In this document: positions 24,250 to 37,749 of the stretch, piece after piece
How positions within the stretch are numbered: position 1 is the first letter of the stretch
Layout of the letters: each line of letters opens with the position of its first letter
NCBI RefSeq assembly: GCF_964194025.1
Contig: NC_134471.1
Location: 62,434,001 to 62,498,000 of the forward strand
DNA from: Convolutriloba macropyga
Lineage: Eukaryota
Reading direction: 5' to 3'
Length of the DNA: 64,000 bases
Notes under the pieces: model-generated
Seen by the model: only the letters and a program-made list of their open reading frames with translations
Told to the model about the DNA's origin: nothing
The model's database searches: none
Position numbers and translations under genes: made by a program

Positions 24250-26363
24250 CCATAAGTTTACAATTACCAATGCTTTTTTGGAAGGGAATTAAGAACTCTT
24301 GGCATTCATTTTTTCTGGAGTTACAAAAAGAACAATAAATAGACAACAAACTAAAAATCAATTAAAACTTGCCAGAAAATGCTTTGGAAGCCGTAAAACC
24401 ATACTTTGGCCCCAAAATATGTTCGATTGCACCTCCGCCGAACACCAATAATGTATTATGTGGCCGCTCATTAATGAAAATAAGCAACAATTAGACAAAA
24501 AGAAAAAAAATGCAAAAGAATGTAATACTTATTTTTTTTCGAAAAAGATTTATTTCCAAAGACATAAAAGCCATTAATTATAAAATGAAAAATTTGAATT
24601 GGTTCGTCCATTCTTCCAAAGGAAGCCCTTGAAACCTGCAATAATCCAGAATATGTCTTACGTTTACAGAAAGAACGTCAAATATGACAAAAAACAAAAA
24701 TTAATTTAATTTTTTTTTGCGAAAAACCCGTGTCGAAGCCAGTAAAGTCATAACAAAATCTTCAAAAACATTAGATTTTGTGACACCAATCCCTTTTGAC
24801 ACCTTCCCTTGAAAAAATTGATGTCATATAAAAGCTTTAATTAACGAGTCCAGGTAACAAACAGACAATAAAAGGAACAAAATTGCGAAGTTGAAATGTT
24901 TTTTTTTTCATTTTGGAAAACAATTGTTTTCAAAGTCATGAAAGCCATTATCTATCTTCTAATATCAGAAAATCGGCTCATCTACCCTTCCAGAGAAAAA
25001 CCAATCAAACCTGGTTATTGCACAGGAAATTAAATACGACTAAAAAGACAAAGTAAGAGCGACATTTAAAGACAAAATTAAAAAGTTAAATTAAATTCTT
25101 CGAGACAGTACTGTCAAAGCGGCAAAGAACCATAATCTATATTTTTCAGGAATTAAATATTATCTATTTTGCGTTAATTTGAACGCAAAAATGTGATATA
25201 TGAACTGACAATAACCTGATAATTTGGCAAAACTAGAAAACATGAAAAGTGGGCAAATACCTAAAAATTAAAAAAAAAAAAGTGAAATCTAGTAGTGTAA
25301 AAGCCAGAACGCCACTTAAGGCGTAAAACAACAATAAAGACTAAATTTGAATTAGGCAGAAAGAAGGAGCGCTCTTTGATTGCTGACACCAAGCTACAAG
25401 TTGACCAAATTAAGAGAAAATTGGAGGCAAAGTTCAATAAGCCATTTTTTATTTGAAAATCAATTATTTTAAAAGTCAAAACAACCATAAGCTTTCCAGC
25501 AATCAACTAGATAAATTAGTTTCAAGCTAATTAGGAAGCCAATAGGATTTAATATTAGTGAGCGTTGATTTGAACGGTTCTTTTATTTAATTAATACAAA
25601 AAAGATCGAAATTTTTTTTTATAAAATCCGATTGACGACAATCCGAATTATTTTTGGATTGTAATGGTCCAGGATTGATACAGAACTAATCTTGCTAATG
25701 CTGATCGTCCATTGGGAATATTTAATTTTTGCAATGTCATTGATATAGATATTTTATTAGTTAAAAACTCAAAAATAAATGCTGCGTTCTTGATCATCAA
25801 CGAATAAAGTTAGCAAAAAACGGCAAAGTTTTATTTACAGAGCACTCTCAACGGAGTTGAGGTAGAATTAGCCCCCTTTTCAGTCTACAAAGATTGTGTT
25901 AGTGGTGTTTGGGTGTGCACTTCCTGCAAATTTAATCAGAGCGGACTAAAGAAATTTATTTCGTGCTGTTTTTGATGAAAAATTCTGAATTTTGTGAAAT
26001 ATTTTGCCGGAATTTGTGACAAAAAAATTTAATGCAAATAGTTGACAATAAATTTTATCTTTAAACTTAAAATCAACAACATTTTCTTGAAAAATTTTAT
26101 TAAATTTTTGTCAAAAATTCCGAAAAATGTGAATGAAATCAACGGAATTCACTCTATTTTCTCGAAAGTTTAAACCTCGATATCTCCCTGTCAAAGACGA
26201 AAATCAAAAAATCTTTTTAATTCTATATTCTACGCTGGACAAGCTTTCTAATGATGCCAGTCTCAACTCTCTACGATGAATATATCGATCGGCCAAAATT
26301 GACTGAACAAAAAAAACCTGTTTGAGTATATAGTTCCTCCCCCCTCAAGAGGGGTCGGAACAA
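24250..26363 (-). mobile_element. Long-TIR hairpin-ended element, copy B (inverted relative to copy A)
   Basis: About 1.55 kb of colinear reverse-complement similarity to 16274-17832; ends TTTGAGTATATAGTTCCTCCCCCCTCAAGAGGGGTCGGAACAA. Left boundary uncertain. Confidence 0.75.
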
Positions 26364-26489
26364 CAAGACTTATCTGTATCCGTGACAATGTTGACCTGAT
26401 ATTTTTCATAAAGTAGAGCCAAGCTATTTAACACAGCAAAGTTCATTTAGCATGAAATGCACTTCACATTACACAATTGTTGGTGTGGA

Positions 26490-26680
26490 NNNNNNNNNNN
26501 NNNNNNNNNNNNNNNNNNNNNNNNNNNNNNNNNNNNNNNNNNNNNNNNNNNNNNNNNNNNNNNNNNNNNNNNNNNNNNNNNNNNNNNNNNNNNNNNNNNN
26601 NNNNNNNNNNNNNNNNNNNNNNNNNNNNNNNNNNNNNNNNNNNNNNNNNNNNNNNNNNNNNNNNNNNNNNNNNNNNNNNN
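26490..26680. other. Assembly gap (run of N)
   Basis: 191 consecutive N. Confidence 1.
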
Positions 26681-27687
26681 ACACAGTGTTTGACATTTTT
26701 TGCTGAATCTTAGAAGCCATATCCAAGGCTATATATGGCGTCTTTGACTCCGTATCCAAGATCATAATCGCTTCCTGGATACCTTATGCAAGACTATAAA
26801 ATGCTCTATCGGTGGAAAAACAGTTGAAAAAACCTCTCTGATTAAATTATCAATTTCATGTAAAATCGTGAAAACCATACCAAAGATCATTTGGCTTCTT
26901 AGAAACCATAGCAAGATCATGCAAGAAATTTCGCTTAGACTTGGATGGAACCATAAATGGTCCTCGAGATGGAATCTAAGAATGGACAACCGGGCATGTT
27001 GTATTTGCCTCGGATTGTTGTATTCTTCCACAACGTTCTAAAACGGTCCGAGGAGGAATGGAAAACTTTCGCTGTTTTTGGAATTTGGCGAGAGAACACA
27101 TGAACTTCCCTCCTCATGGACATTTAATCGAATTCCAAATCCATTTTTTACAGTTTGATTTATCATTATCGTGTTGCTGAATGATTTAAGTTTATCAAAA
27201 AACTGTTGAACAGAGCTGTGCAAGGAAAAAAACTTAAAAACAACCTTTTCTGCATACAATCTCAATTAAAAAATAACCAAATTAATTTTCTCTGAGTCTC
27301 TTTTGACAAGCAAAGAAATGATAAGTCAATTTGATACTTATATTTTAAAGTATGTCTTAAGATAAAAGAAGCTTATCTATTTTTTAAAAAAATTGGTTGG
27401 GTTTAATATGTTCATGAGTTTTGAAAAAGCGTTGACATCATTCTTGTTTTTATTCGATGAGGGTAACACTGCATTGAATTTTACCTCACAGTTGTCATAG
27501 ACATCCAGAATCTCCCAAACCCTGAGGCGAAGCCGAGATGTAGATTAGCTTGGTGATAGCGTCTTATCAAAACTAGAGTTTTACCACTGTTTCAGATTTT
27601 TGAAGGAATCAAAAAGCGCAATTATGCTACCTGATTGACTTGTAGTGCGATTGTTGTTATGCTCTCGAACCGGGAATTGAATAAATA

Positions 27688-28888
27688 CCCAGGTTGAGTT
27701 CCAGACCCAAATTTTCGTCTAATCAGACTTTCCAGGCCGAAATTATCTCTGATCAGACTTTCCAGATAAAAATTAAACCTGATCAGACTTTCCAGACTCA
27801 AGTTACCTCTGATCAGACTTTCCAGATACAGGGGGTCTCTGATTAGACTTTTCAAATAAAAATTAAACCTGATCAGACTTTCCAGACTCAAGTTACCTCT
27901 GATCAGACTTTTCAGACACAGAGGGTCTCTGATCAGACTTTTCAGACCGAAAGCGTTCTGATCAGACCATCTTCAGACCATGGTCCAGACTCAAATTCAG
28001 ACCATTGCCCAAACCTTAATCAGACTATGATCAGACTCAAGTGCGCTCGAAGAGGTTATGATCAGACCCAGTTGCGCTCGAAGCGCTTATGGTCAGACTT
28101 AGTTGCGCTTGCAGCCATTTATGATCAGACTGAAGCGCGCTCAAAACCGGTTCTGATCAGAGTCAAGTGCGCTCCAAATAGTCTGATCAGAGAAAGATTT
28201 CACGTATGAGCAAATCTCTTAATTTTGCTATAATATATTAATTTCATAAAGACTGATGTTTGCAGTATTTAATTCATGTAAGAAAAAAATCAATTAGAAA
28301 AATATTGCTAAAGAAAACGAAACCCAATTGTTGAGATCAAATTTTTTTAGTGAACCGCTTAGTGTATAATTCTGACTCAATGGATGAGTGTAGACAGCTT
28401 TCCATAACAAGCATTGTGGTTTCCAGTTAATCAAAATTTCCTCTGAAGGGGACCGGACCGGTCTTTCCTATCAGCTGGATTCCTTTTTTTCTGATCAGAG
28501 TTGTCGGAATATAGATGAGTCTCTGATCAGAACGCTGCTTTATTGTTCCCTCTTGGCAGAGCCAACATTTTTCATTAAATAGAAAAAAAATGAAAAAATA
28601 AGGCACTCGAAATGGTCCTTGATCAGACCCAATTGCGTTCGAAAACATTTCTGATCAGACCAAATTGTGCTCCAACCGTTTTTAATCAGACTTAAGTGCG
28701 CTCGAATACGCCTGTGATGAGACATTTAAGAACAAATTGACCTCTGACCAGACAAACTTCAGACCATGGTCCAGGTGTAGCGCGCTCGTACTTCCGTCCA
28801 GACCCTGTAATTTCGCACTGGGAACACACGGGTGTGCGCTCGATTGGGTCTGATCATAAAGCAATTTGGGTCTGCGCCTCAACCTGGG
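27688..28888. mobile_element. 1.2-kb non-autonomous CCC...GGG TIR element with TCTGATCAGA subterminal arrays (EnSpm/CMC-like), copy 1
   Basis: 26-bp TIR CCCAGGTTGAGTTCCAGACCCAAATT versus CCCAGGTTGAGGCGCAGACCCAAATT (reverse complement of right end). The palindrome TCTGATCAGA repeats every ~30 bp in both arms around an AT-rich core. Confidence 0.8.
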
Positions 28889-31800
28889 TTCTTTCTCACC
28901 TGCGTTCCACTATTTTACCCAAATTGTTATTATGGGTAAAATAGTGGGTAATACTTGGGTTAATTTTTTTCATCAATATATCAAACCGTTTATCAACAAA
29001 GAGGGAAGAACAAGTAAATGATGACTAAAAATTGGATGCGTTGTTCTGAATAAGGATTGAGGCAACTAGTTCAAGCAGTACTTCACCACAAGTGTGATCT
29101 TATTTCCTTCATTGCCGTGTGTTCATACCAGCTTTAAAAGTGGCATGAATATTAGGAACTGGGTTTAACGCAAGTTTTGGAAAACTAACAAAAAAGTAAC
29201 GCAGCTGCATTTTTGTGATGGTTTTTAATGATATTTGCATCAAATTTTGTGAAAAAAGAAACTGAGTTAAAATTTGAATCCAGATTTTTTTCAGAATTCC
29301 GAATATCAACACCGTCGCAAGCACTTGCACGCACGAAAAAAAAATTGTGCAATATTGCTTCATGTCATATTCACCAAATGTAGAATTAATTGACTGGAGT
29401 TATTCAATGGAAATAAACAAGTGAAATCAAAATAAGATCACTAAAAAACTGAAAAAGCTCAAAAGTTGGTCGAAGTAATTAAGCTTTGAATATAGAAATA
29501 TTTGCAACTGATTTTGTATTTGGTGGGTTATGGACATTCGCAGGAGGAACAAAAAGCGTTTTTATTAAAGTAACAGATTTAATTTCTCAAAAATGAAATA
29601 ATGGCAAAATGATACTTCACAGTACAATTAAAAAGATTTACAGGAGAGATCTGATTCATAGATCAAGCTGATGATTTGGAAATTGAGGATGAAAAAGGAC
29701 CCAAAACTCAACTGTATATATACCCATTATCATTGCAAAAAAGTCAAGACACAGATTTTATCTTAGCACAGAGAATTATAGTTGTCGTCGCAAGGGTACC
29801 CATTGTGGTCTGCTTCTGCAAAATTCCTAAAAATCAGTCTCAATGGATGCCATGTATAGAATGCATTTGCACTTTCTACGAATTCATTCATACTTCTGAT
29901 GGTATCTTAATCATTCAGTAAATGCTGGGAAGACTTTACATCAAATAATCTAACTCTACTAACTGCTATCTAGAATCATCAGTTTGAACCGAGTTTTTTC
30001 ACAGCACCATTTCCGAAGATTAAGTCATATCAATTTAGTGACTTGAATCAATTTGCCCCTGTCTGATTAAACAGACAAGTTAAACTTTCTAATATTTCTA
30101 ACTAAATTTCAGACTATAATTTGAATCGAATTACTAACATCTTTATTTTTTAATTAAGTGAATTGCCTAGCTGAAAATTATAGCCAAACGTCGAGGTTGA
30201 CGCAATTTTGTCTTATATTGGCAAACCTAAGCCTAATTTATCTGCCTAAATTAACAGCTAGACAGTTAATTTCTCAAAACTTTCGCCAAGATGAAAAACG
30301 GCCACCTAAACAAAAGTGGATAGATCAATTTACTGTAATTATGCCCGGGAAGTCAAAAAGAAATCAAATTAAAAATTTCAAATAGAATTCAAACCAAAAA
30401 TTGAGCAAAACTTGTATTGACGAACGAAAAAAATTAAGACCAGGATCGTTATTACAGTGGTATCAGACTACAAATCCCTATACCGGGATAAGTTTTGATT
30501 TCAATAAAGCAACTGAGCCTAAGAAGTTAAATTACAGAAAATTGAGGAAAAAAGATTCTTTTCTCAGAAGAACAGTGATGTAAAAGTCTTTGGAAGGGAA
30601 CTTGAATTTTAGGGAAAAAAAGCTGAAGCTACTGTACGCACACACTGTCTGCTGTTAAAATAAGTATGAATAATTTATCGATAGTGCCATCAAGTGAATA
30701 ACTGTTTCGGAAATAATTGTTATCCGATTTCTACACAAGCACAACTACTCACTTAACTCTATCATTAGTTCAAATTACCTACATTTGAAAAGAGTACAAG
30801 CTTCTAGTTAAAAGGACTGTAGTATGGTGTGATGACAACCATCAAGAGATGTAAAACCACAACTCATGTTTTTGCAACCAATTCTGAGAGGATTGATATC
30901 ATTAGCTTTATTCGAAAAAAAAGGTGAACAAAGTTTTGATAAACAAATTCACAACTTGTCAAAAATGAAGAAAAACAAAACTATTAGAAAAAATATGGAA
31001 CTTCAATACTCGTCTAAAGTTTGTGAAAAAAAGGATTTTATTGGAAAAAAAAACAGATTATGGTGTAAAATTCAGAAGTAAGCATTCATCTAACAGATAG
31101 TTTCACTTAAAAGCTACAAAATGACTTGAAAATTAACAGATCTGCCGTAAAATTGAACCCTCTACATTAAAAAAAAATTAGTGTAAACGTAATTAATTGA
31201 GTTGAATTGAAAAATATGGAGGCAATAAATACAATCAACACTACCCCACATTACAAAGTAGATAAGACCTGAAAAATGGCGTGAATATAACCAAAAAATT
31301 TTGTGCCAGATGAATATCTTGAAGAATTTCGACAAAACAACATTATAATCAAATGTTATTTTTTCAACGGCATTGTAGATTAAATCAGATATTGAATTAA
31401 AACAGACATCATAACGCACAAGAGCAGGCAATCTCGGCATTTTATTTCACCCATTTTAAAGTAACAACTAACGTTTTCACGCCCTGAAGCAATTGATAGC
31501 TTCTGAAAAATTGGGAGCGCTTTCAAATGCGTCCCAGTAGAGCACGTGGCTACCGGAAAAATTCCAATGTTGAGGATTTCCAACAAAGCATTTTTAGAAG
31601 TTCATTATGCAAAACTCACAAACCAATGTATTGTAATCGATGTCTGCTCTTTCTACAGGAGACCAGTTACTTCGATTAACATAATTTGTTTCAGATTTTA
31701 ACCTTTAATGAGAGAAAAATTTTCTTTTTGTCTTCTTCGACCAATTTTGTGAGTAATTAATTAATGTCTGTTCACCTAATATTCAACCATTTTTTTCATT

Positions 31801-31935
31801 TTTTCTTTTTCAAAATATCATACGTTTTTCATAATTTATAAAACTGGGTAGATTCATTTTTGAGAAGTAGATCAGATGGGCAAAAAATTGGTTAAAATGT
31901 TTCTTAAAATTTCTTCTCCAAAAACCGAGGTTTTA

Positions 31936-32220
31936 CCCATACCGAACTCCAAGTGTTAATCAGTACTGGGCAATTGTAAATGCAAGTCTCCCGTGTAGTA
32001 TAAATTGCTCGCCTTCTTACTTGAAATTTGCTTCTTTCAAGCGTATTTTAACGGCGCAAAAGACAAAACTTTAATTTTTCACTTGGCTTGGACTTGCCAA
32101 GTTTTGGCCAAGTCTGACAGGTCTTAAATGTGCTATGATCATAGCTCTGAATCAGTACCGATTCTTAGACTTGGAATTAGACTTGCCCAGTACTGATATT
32201 GACTTGGGGTTAAGTACGGG
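31936..32220. mobile_element. 285-bp CCC...GGG MITE (CAAGTC/GACTTG family, short form)
   Basis: ~38-bp imperfect TIR CCCATACCGAACTCCAAGTGTTAATCAGTACTGGGCAA versus the reverse-complemented end CCCGTACTTAACCCCAAGTCAATATCAGTACTGGGCAA. Confidence 0.7.
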
Positions 32221-33434
32221 CATGTACTTCGATTCTAGCCACCAATAATGTGAGGATGATTAAATAAATCAAAATATGAGATGGCTTTCAAAACAATCGT
32301 TAGGGGCTTGAAAAATTAAACAAAGGTATGGAAATTTGAAGAATTACATCAAAACCTAGACAACTCTCAGCAAATGTTCGCCCAAAAATGCAGTTAAACT
32401 TGCTTTGTTGAACTCCGCAAAATTATGTGTTTTGAAATACTAAACGCACAGCTTTTTAAATTCATGCAACGTATACTAGTTTGGAATGCAGTCAAAAAGT
32501 TTGAGTAAAAAATTGATTGAACAAAAAATTTAAAGTAGCTTAAACATTTTTAAAGAAAAAATATGGCAACATAACATTTTTTTGAGGTCTGAGTGGTTCT
32601 CCGTGGTGTGCCTGAAGCTGCGTGTATAAGAGCATCGTTGTTTTGAAGAGAAACAAGAATGTTTGGTAATGTGTTTTTGCTCATTATATAGCAAGGCCGA
32701 ACAAATTTATATGATAAATGAGATAAGAAAAAAAAGTAATTCATGACAAAATTTACCGTAATTCCTATCACCGCTGAATTCAGGTATTTAAATACGGAGC
32801 GAAATGAGCTGCTGCTTTGACAGCTATTCTGCGAAAGTCAGGCACGTTTAATAAGTACTATGTACTAGACTGAACAGGGAGCATTGACCTGAGTTCTATT
32901 TAAGCATTGACCTGCTCAAAATCTGAAAAAAAAACAGGATTGTGTTGGAATAACCTAGTAAAGGCGCTGAAAATCGATGGTATATATTTTTTCGGTGGAT
33001 ACAGGATGCATATAATAATCCACTTTATCCGCTAAAACTTGCTGGACTGATCCATTTAAGAGTTCTAAAGCGCAGCAAATTCAACCGATGGCTATGTATG
33101 AGTAATATTTAAAGTACTTCTGCAGAACTCATATTATTCAGTACTTTTCTTCAAAAGTTCAACCGACCATGGCAGCCTGTGAAGCTCACTGTTCAATAAT
33201 TGCTAACTGTTTCCGCGATACATATCAAAAACGCATCTCTTAAACTTCGCTGGAAAATCTTCATTAAAAAATATGAGATTAACATTTCTTTACTAAGCTT
33301 GAGAGATGCTCTCGGCTCGTCCAGTCCTCACAATATATATTTTCTTCTGAATGTTTTGGGGAAAAAATAATTACATCAGATCAACTTCTCAGCGTCTCGT
33401 TCTGGTTTAGCTGCTTCAGCGTTTTACTTCGAGG

Positions 33435-33599
33435 ATGGGGTATGGGCAAGACCGAACAGATCCAATTCAGACATGAGCCAGACGGAGCAGCGCGACCGAA
33501 AATTTCTCCAGACTATGAGCTGGGTCACATTGGACCCCCTGTTCAGGACCCAGGTCCGTCTGATCAATGCCTGCCTAGAGTTGAGGACTTCATCCTGGG
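33435..33599. mobile_element. Isolated right-end fragment of the satellite-carrying element family (9778-13928)
   Basis: CAAGACCGAACAGA...AAAATTTCTCCAGAC...TGGGTCACATTGGACCCCCTG...CTTCATCCTGGG resembles 13750-13928; its reverse-complemented end CCCAGGATGAAG matches the left end at 9778. Confidence 0.6.
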
Positions 33600-35122
33600 T
33601 TGCTTTAATTTGTTTCTCAAGACTAGATAATTAGATAATATGTAGCTGCATTTTATTTTTGCTGATGCAACAACAGCATTAACTGCGTTCATGCTTCCAT
33701 TTTTAAATTTTACTTATGCCTAGTGAAGTAAACAATGTTGTTTACTCTAGTCTATTTTCTAACTCATTAATTGTGAAGAGATTTCTCCTTGCGTTATTAC
33801 GCAAACAGTTGTTTTATATAGGGTTTTGTTGGTTCACAGATGACAAATTGGGATCTAGCAAAACAAAAAAAATTAAAGCGCACAGATTTTCTGCATTTCT
33901 AAATCCGGGTTTTGAAAGTCTCGCTTCACTAATATAGCTGCAGTTAGTGAACTAAACTTATTTCAAGTATTGAATCTCAGCGTTGCGTGAGCTAGTTTTT
34001 TTCTTGTGTACAACACTTTTATAAACAAGCATAATTTATTTTCAGAGCAATAGTTATAACCAATTATTTCGTTTAACTCCAAGCTATACGGAGCGTATAT
34101 ATAACAATTGAATTGCTTAGCATAAATTCACCACAATCCAACTTCTAGAACTTCTAAAAAACAGAATTGTTTATGAAACAGATATTTATTGAATTGAAAA
34201 TGCTACTGTTTTGCAAAATTATACGATAGAAAAACGTAAAATTCTGAGCAAAAATGAAAATAAAAATTCCCGGAGGTCGTTGACAGAGCATATCAGCGTT
34301 GAATCAGTCTAAAGGCATAATGTTTTTTGTGGATGTCCAGTACTCTTTTCATGTCCCAATTTACACTGTCTAGTCTTGATTTTTGATTAGAACTGAAGGC
34401 ATGTAAAATAGTTTGTTCCAATTAACTCTGCAATTCGAACTTCCGCTTGATTACGTGTAACGATTAATTTGTGGAGAAAATTGTAACCGCTGATGTAAGT
34501 GGACTTTGTGATTATTTCCTACAAACTAGCGTAAGTATAAAGAGCGTGTTTAGCTTTAGAAGTACAGCATAATTATAATCAGACTTAATTTCAGCGCATG
34601 AGTAGTTTTCTTTTGAAGACTACACAGGATAAAGTTAACGTGGGTGGATTGACTTACTTCATTTTAATCATAATGAGGATAAACTGCGCATAATTTGAAA
34701 CACACATGATATGCATCGTTTCAGAAGTGAAATCGAGTTTTACTATTGATGTATGCCGATTCTGCGCTGAATTGCTCTGAGGCCCGCGCCCGGCCACAAA
34801 AAAAACATATCTGGACTGCAGCTTTGTTGTTTTCGTTTGTTTGTTTTCAAATTTAGAAGATTGGTTGAAAAGTTCCACTGAGAAAAATCCAGCAAAATTA
34901 GTGAAGTAACAATATTACCCAGAGTGCCGGTGATTTTTTAGGAAAAAAACAAACTGAAAAATGCACTAGAAGTGATGCTCTACAAAGTAGGGAGAACGGC
35001 TGTCTCCTCATTTTTTGTTCTTGTCCTGCGGGAATTAAATATGTCGCATTAGAAACAGTTTTTGTTTTGACTTTTATGAACAGTTGGGAAACAACACATA
35101 TTGTTAATGTGTTCGATATCCT

Positions 35123-36018
35123 CCCCGTTCAAGTCTTAATCAGTTCTGACTCAGTGAAATTGCAAGTCTTGCATCAGTACTGTACCAGAGCTCTGTTCTG
35201 ATACAGTACTTTTTTTAAGACTTGTCACGTCTTAAATTAAGTCGTAAGTCCTAGAAAGTCTTGAGTCGATTCTCGGCCGAGACCTGACAAGTTTTGAGAA
35301 GATCTTGGCCGAGACTTGAAAAGCCTTGTGCAAGTCTTGGCCAACACTTGACAGGTCTTGAATCAAGTATTGAGCAAAGTTTTTATTGTTGGTTTGCTTT
35401 CGATTGATAACGAAAGAAGAAGGCCACCACTTACAGTGACCTGCCTAAAAAACTCTCGAAAGTGAAAATAGAAGCACAAGACAACACGAGCACTTCCACA
35501 AAGTTCATTTCATAGTGAATTTAAAAAGACAGGCATGGTAACTCTTTTCTGCGCATTGAAAAAAGTGGTTCTGCGGTTAATATATGGGACATTTGAAGTT
35601 GCTCGATTTAGAAATAATTTGATCAGATTAGCAAAATTCTCTTTAATAAACTTTACACATGTTTGCTTATTTTGAAATGCATTAATTATTAATGAGTTCT
35701 TCTTCTTCTTAAAATTGTATTGTGCCTTACTATGCAATAATCAAGACTTGTCAAGTCTTGGTCAAAACTTTACTCAAGATTTGTCAAGCCTTGATCAAGA
35801 CTTGACTCAGGACTTGCCAAGTCTTGGCCAAGAGTTGACTCAAGACTTGTCAAAGTCTTTTCCAAGACTTGACTTAGACTTGACAGGTCTTGTGAAAGTG
35901 TTGACAAGTCTTCACAAGTCTTAAGAATTGAGATAAGACTGGCTCAGTACTGATTTGTCAATTCGAGACGTGTATTTCACTGGAGAAGTACTGATCAAGA
36001 TTTGAAATTTGTTCCGGG
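35123..36018. mobile_element. ~0.9-kb foldback-type CCC...GGG MITE with 11-bp CAAGTCTTG/CAAGACTTG subterminal repeats
   Basis: Left arm (35130-35375) and right arm (35741-36006) are inverted arrays of ~11-bp units and share the CAGTACTG motif with 31936-32220. Confidence 0.7.
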
Positions 36019-36979
36019 ATTGCATTGACCAAATTTTTCCAGGTTACTCTTTAACCACGTTTCAGCCACGTTTCAGAGAAGCCATAGTTACAGTACAAAA
36101 CAGTTTTGTTAACAAGTCTGCTTAGTAAAATTTAGCAATCTGCGTTTTTCAGGTTGTAAGCGGAGCGCTATATTGTGACAGTTTTTATTCGATGCGTCAT
36201 TGCTTTCTGGAAGATTTGCAAAAGTTTCTCAGTATGAGCAGCCGCAGTTTTCCTTTTGAATTTACGTCCAAATCAAAAATCTAAATCTAAAAAAACCGCT
36301 CGTTTGGATGCTGAAATACTCTTAAGCCAAACAAAACATCATTAAAAATTTTTTATTCTAAAAACAACACTTAGGTTCACTTTTTTGTTTCTGTCAAGAT
36401 TCTAATAACAAAATTTCGCTTTAAATAAAATCTTGTCCACAGAAACTTTGATTCATTTCAGCCAATGAGCCTACCTTAATTTCTGGCACAAACTCGTGAA
36501 TTACATTTAAATCAACAAAGATTTGCGTTGCCTCAAATTGACACTAATAGTGAATAATGAGTTCTTGTCTGGTGTCATTTTTACTTTTCGCGTCTTTTTA
36601 TTTCAATAACGCTGATGCGACAGGAAACTTGACTAAGCGGTTATACAATGGGAGGCCACTCGGGGCACATGAACGAGCCGATTTCTTTGTTACGGTGGAG
36701 TTGATCAAAGATGCGCTCCTCATATCACCCGAGGAAGTTATGGGTAAATGCGGCGGGGTGCTGATATCGGAAGTTCACGTTTTGACTGCTGCTCATTGCG
36801 TCTACATTGACCCAGATGACGAGGAATATTATCAACACTGTTAGTGTGATCAGTGCCCAATTGCTGTTAATTTCACTTGATCTTGCGAGTAAAAGATTCA
36901 GTGGTTCTTAAAGATTGTGTGATATGCTAATTGTTAGGCTTCACAAGTAAAACAATGGGTAATGTCGACCCGTCTATGC

Positions 36980-36984
<5 letters not shown>

Positions 36985-37018
<34 letters not shown>
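36985..37018. repeat. (TA)n microsatellite in intron 1 of gene 2
   Basis: About 17 TA units. Confidence 0.95.
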
Positions 37019-37022
<4 letters not shown>

Positions 37023-37749
37023 CTAGTGAAATTGACATTAAGACTAGTCGGTCGGTCCCAATTACCACTCGCTGACAGCTTGAAAATTGCTCCCGGAATA
37101 AATAATGCGTGCTTATCTTAAGAGAATCTTTCAAGATATCTTAGCGGATAAAAATCTAGGCAAATTTTTTTTCTATGACCCAGCAAACGAAATCTCCTTT
37201 TATATATGAACAAAATTTGAGAACTGAAATTTCAGCAATCAAGTAAGTTGTAAGGCACATTAGCTTCAGCTTCTTTCGTTTTCAAATGAAAATTGAACCA
37301 AATTCTCACCTCTGATTTCAAAAAGGTCTTTTTTTCAAACTTTCTGTTTCTAAAGCGCAAATAACGTGGTGAATTTTAATTTCTAGGCTGATTTTCAGTC
37401 AAGCTATACTACCAGTTGTGATTGAAAAACATTGATTGACCTTCAACTCTGCTTAGACCATCTGCGAATTACGCTGGAGGATTTCACACGTAGGGTACAC
37501 AGACGAGAAATAGACAAAACAAGAAGGTTTTGGCCTCACGAAGAGTAAGTGAATGGTAGTTCATAACACATTCTGTGCACACTTCCGCAATTTTCACCAA
37601 TTTAAATTTAAAAAAAACAATTGTTGTTTTTGCTCTCATTGTAATTGCTTTCTTATTTTGGACGGCCACACTGAATGATGCAAAGAGGTATCTCTATCGG
37701 TGGCAAAACACAGCTTTGATTTTGCTATTAGGGCAGACACTATGTTGGC

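Noticed and set aside
26452-26765. ORFs spanning X residues
   Set aside because: Artefacts of the N gap.
26690-27290. Possible decayed transposase fragment on the minus strand
   Set aside because: Coding-like composition, but no diagnostic motif I can name with confidence.
27715-28200. CRISPR-like repeat-spacer array
   Set aside because: The 12-nt variable segments are too short and are reused, and the array lies within the TIRs of a MITE-like element.
29400-31100. Short ORFs in the intergenic region
   Set aside because: No recognisable motifs or consistent splice structure; probably decayed TE sequence.
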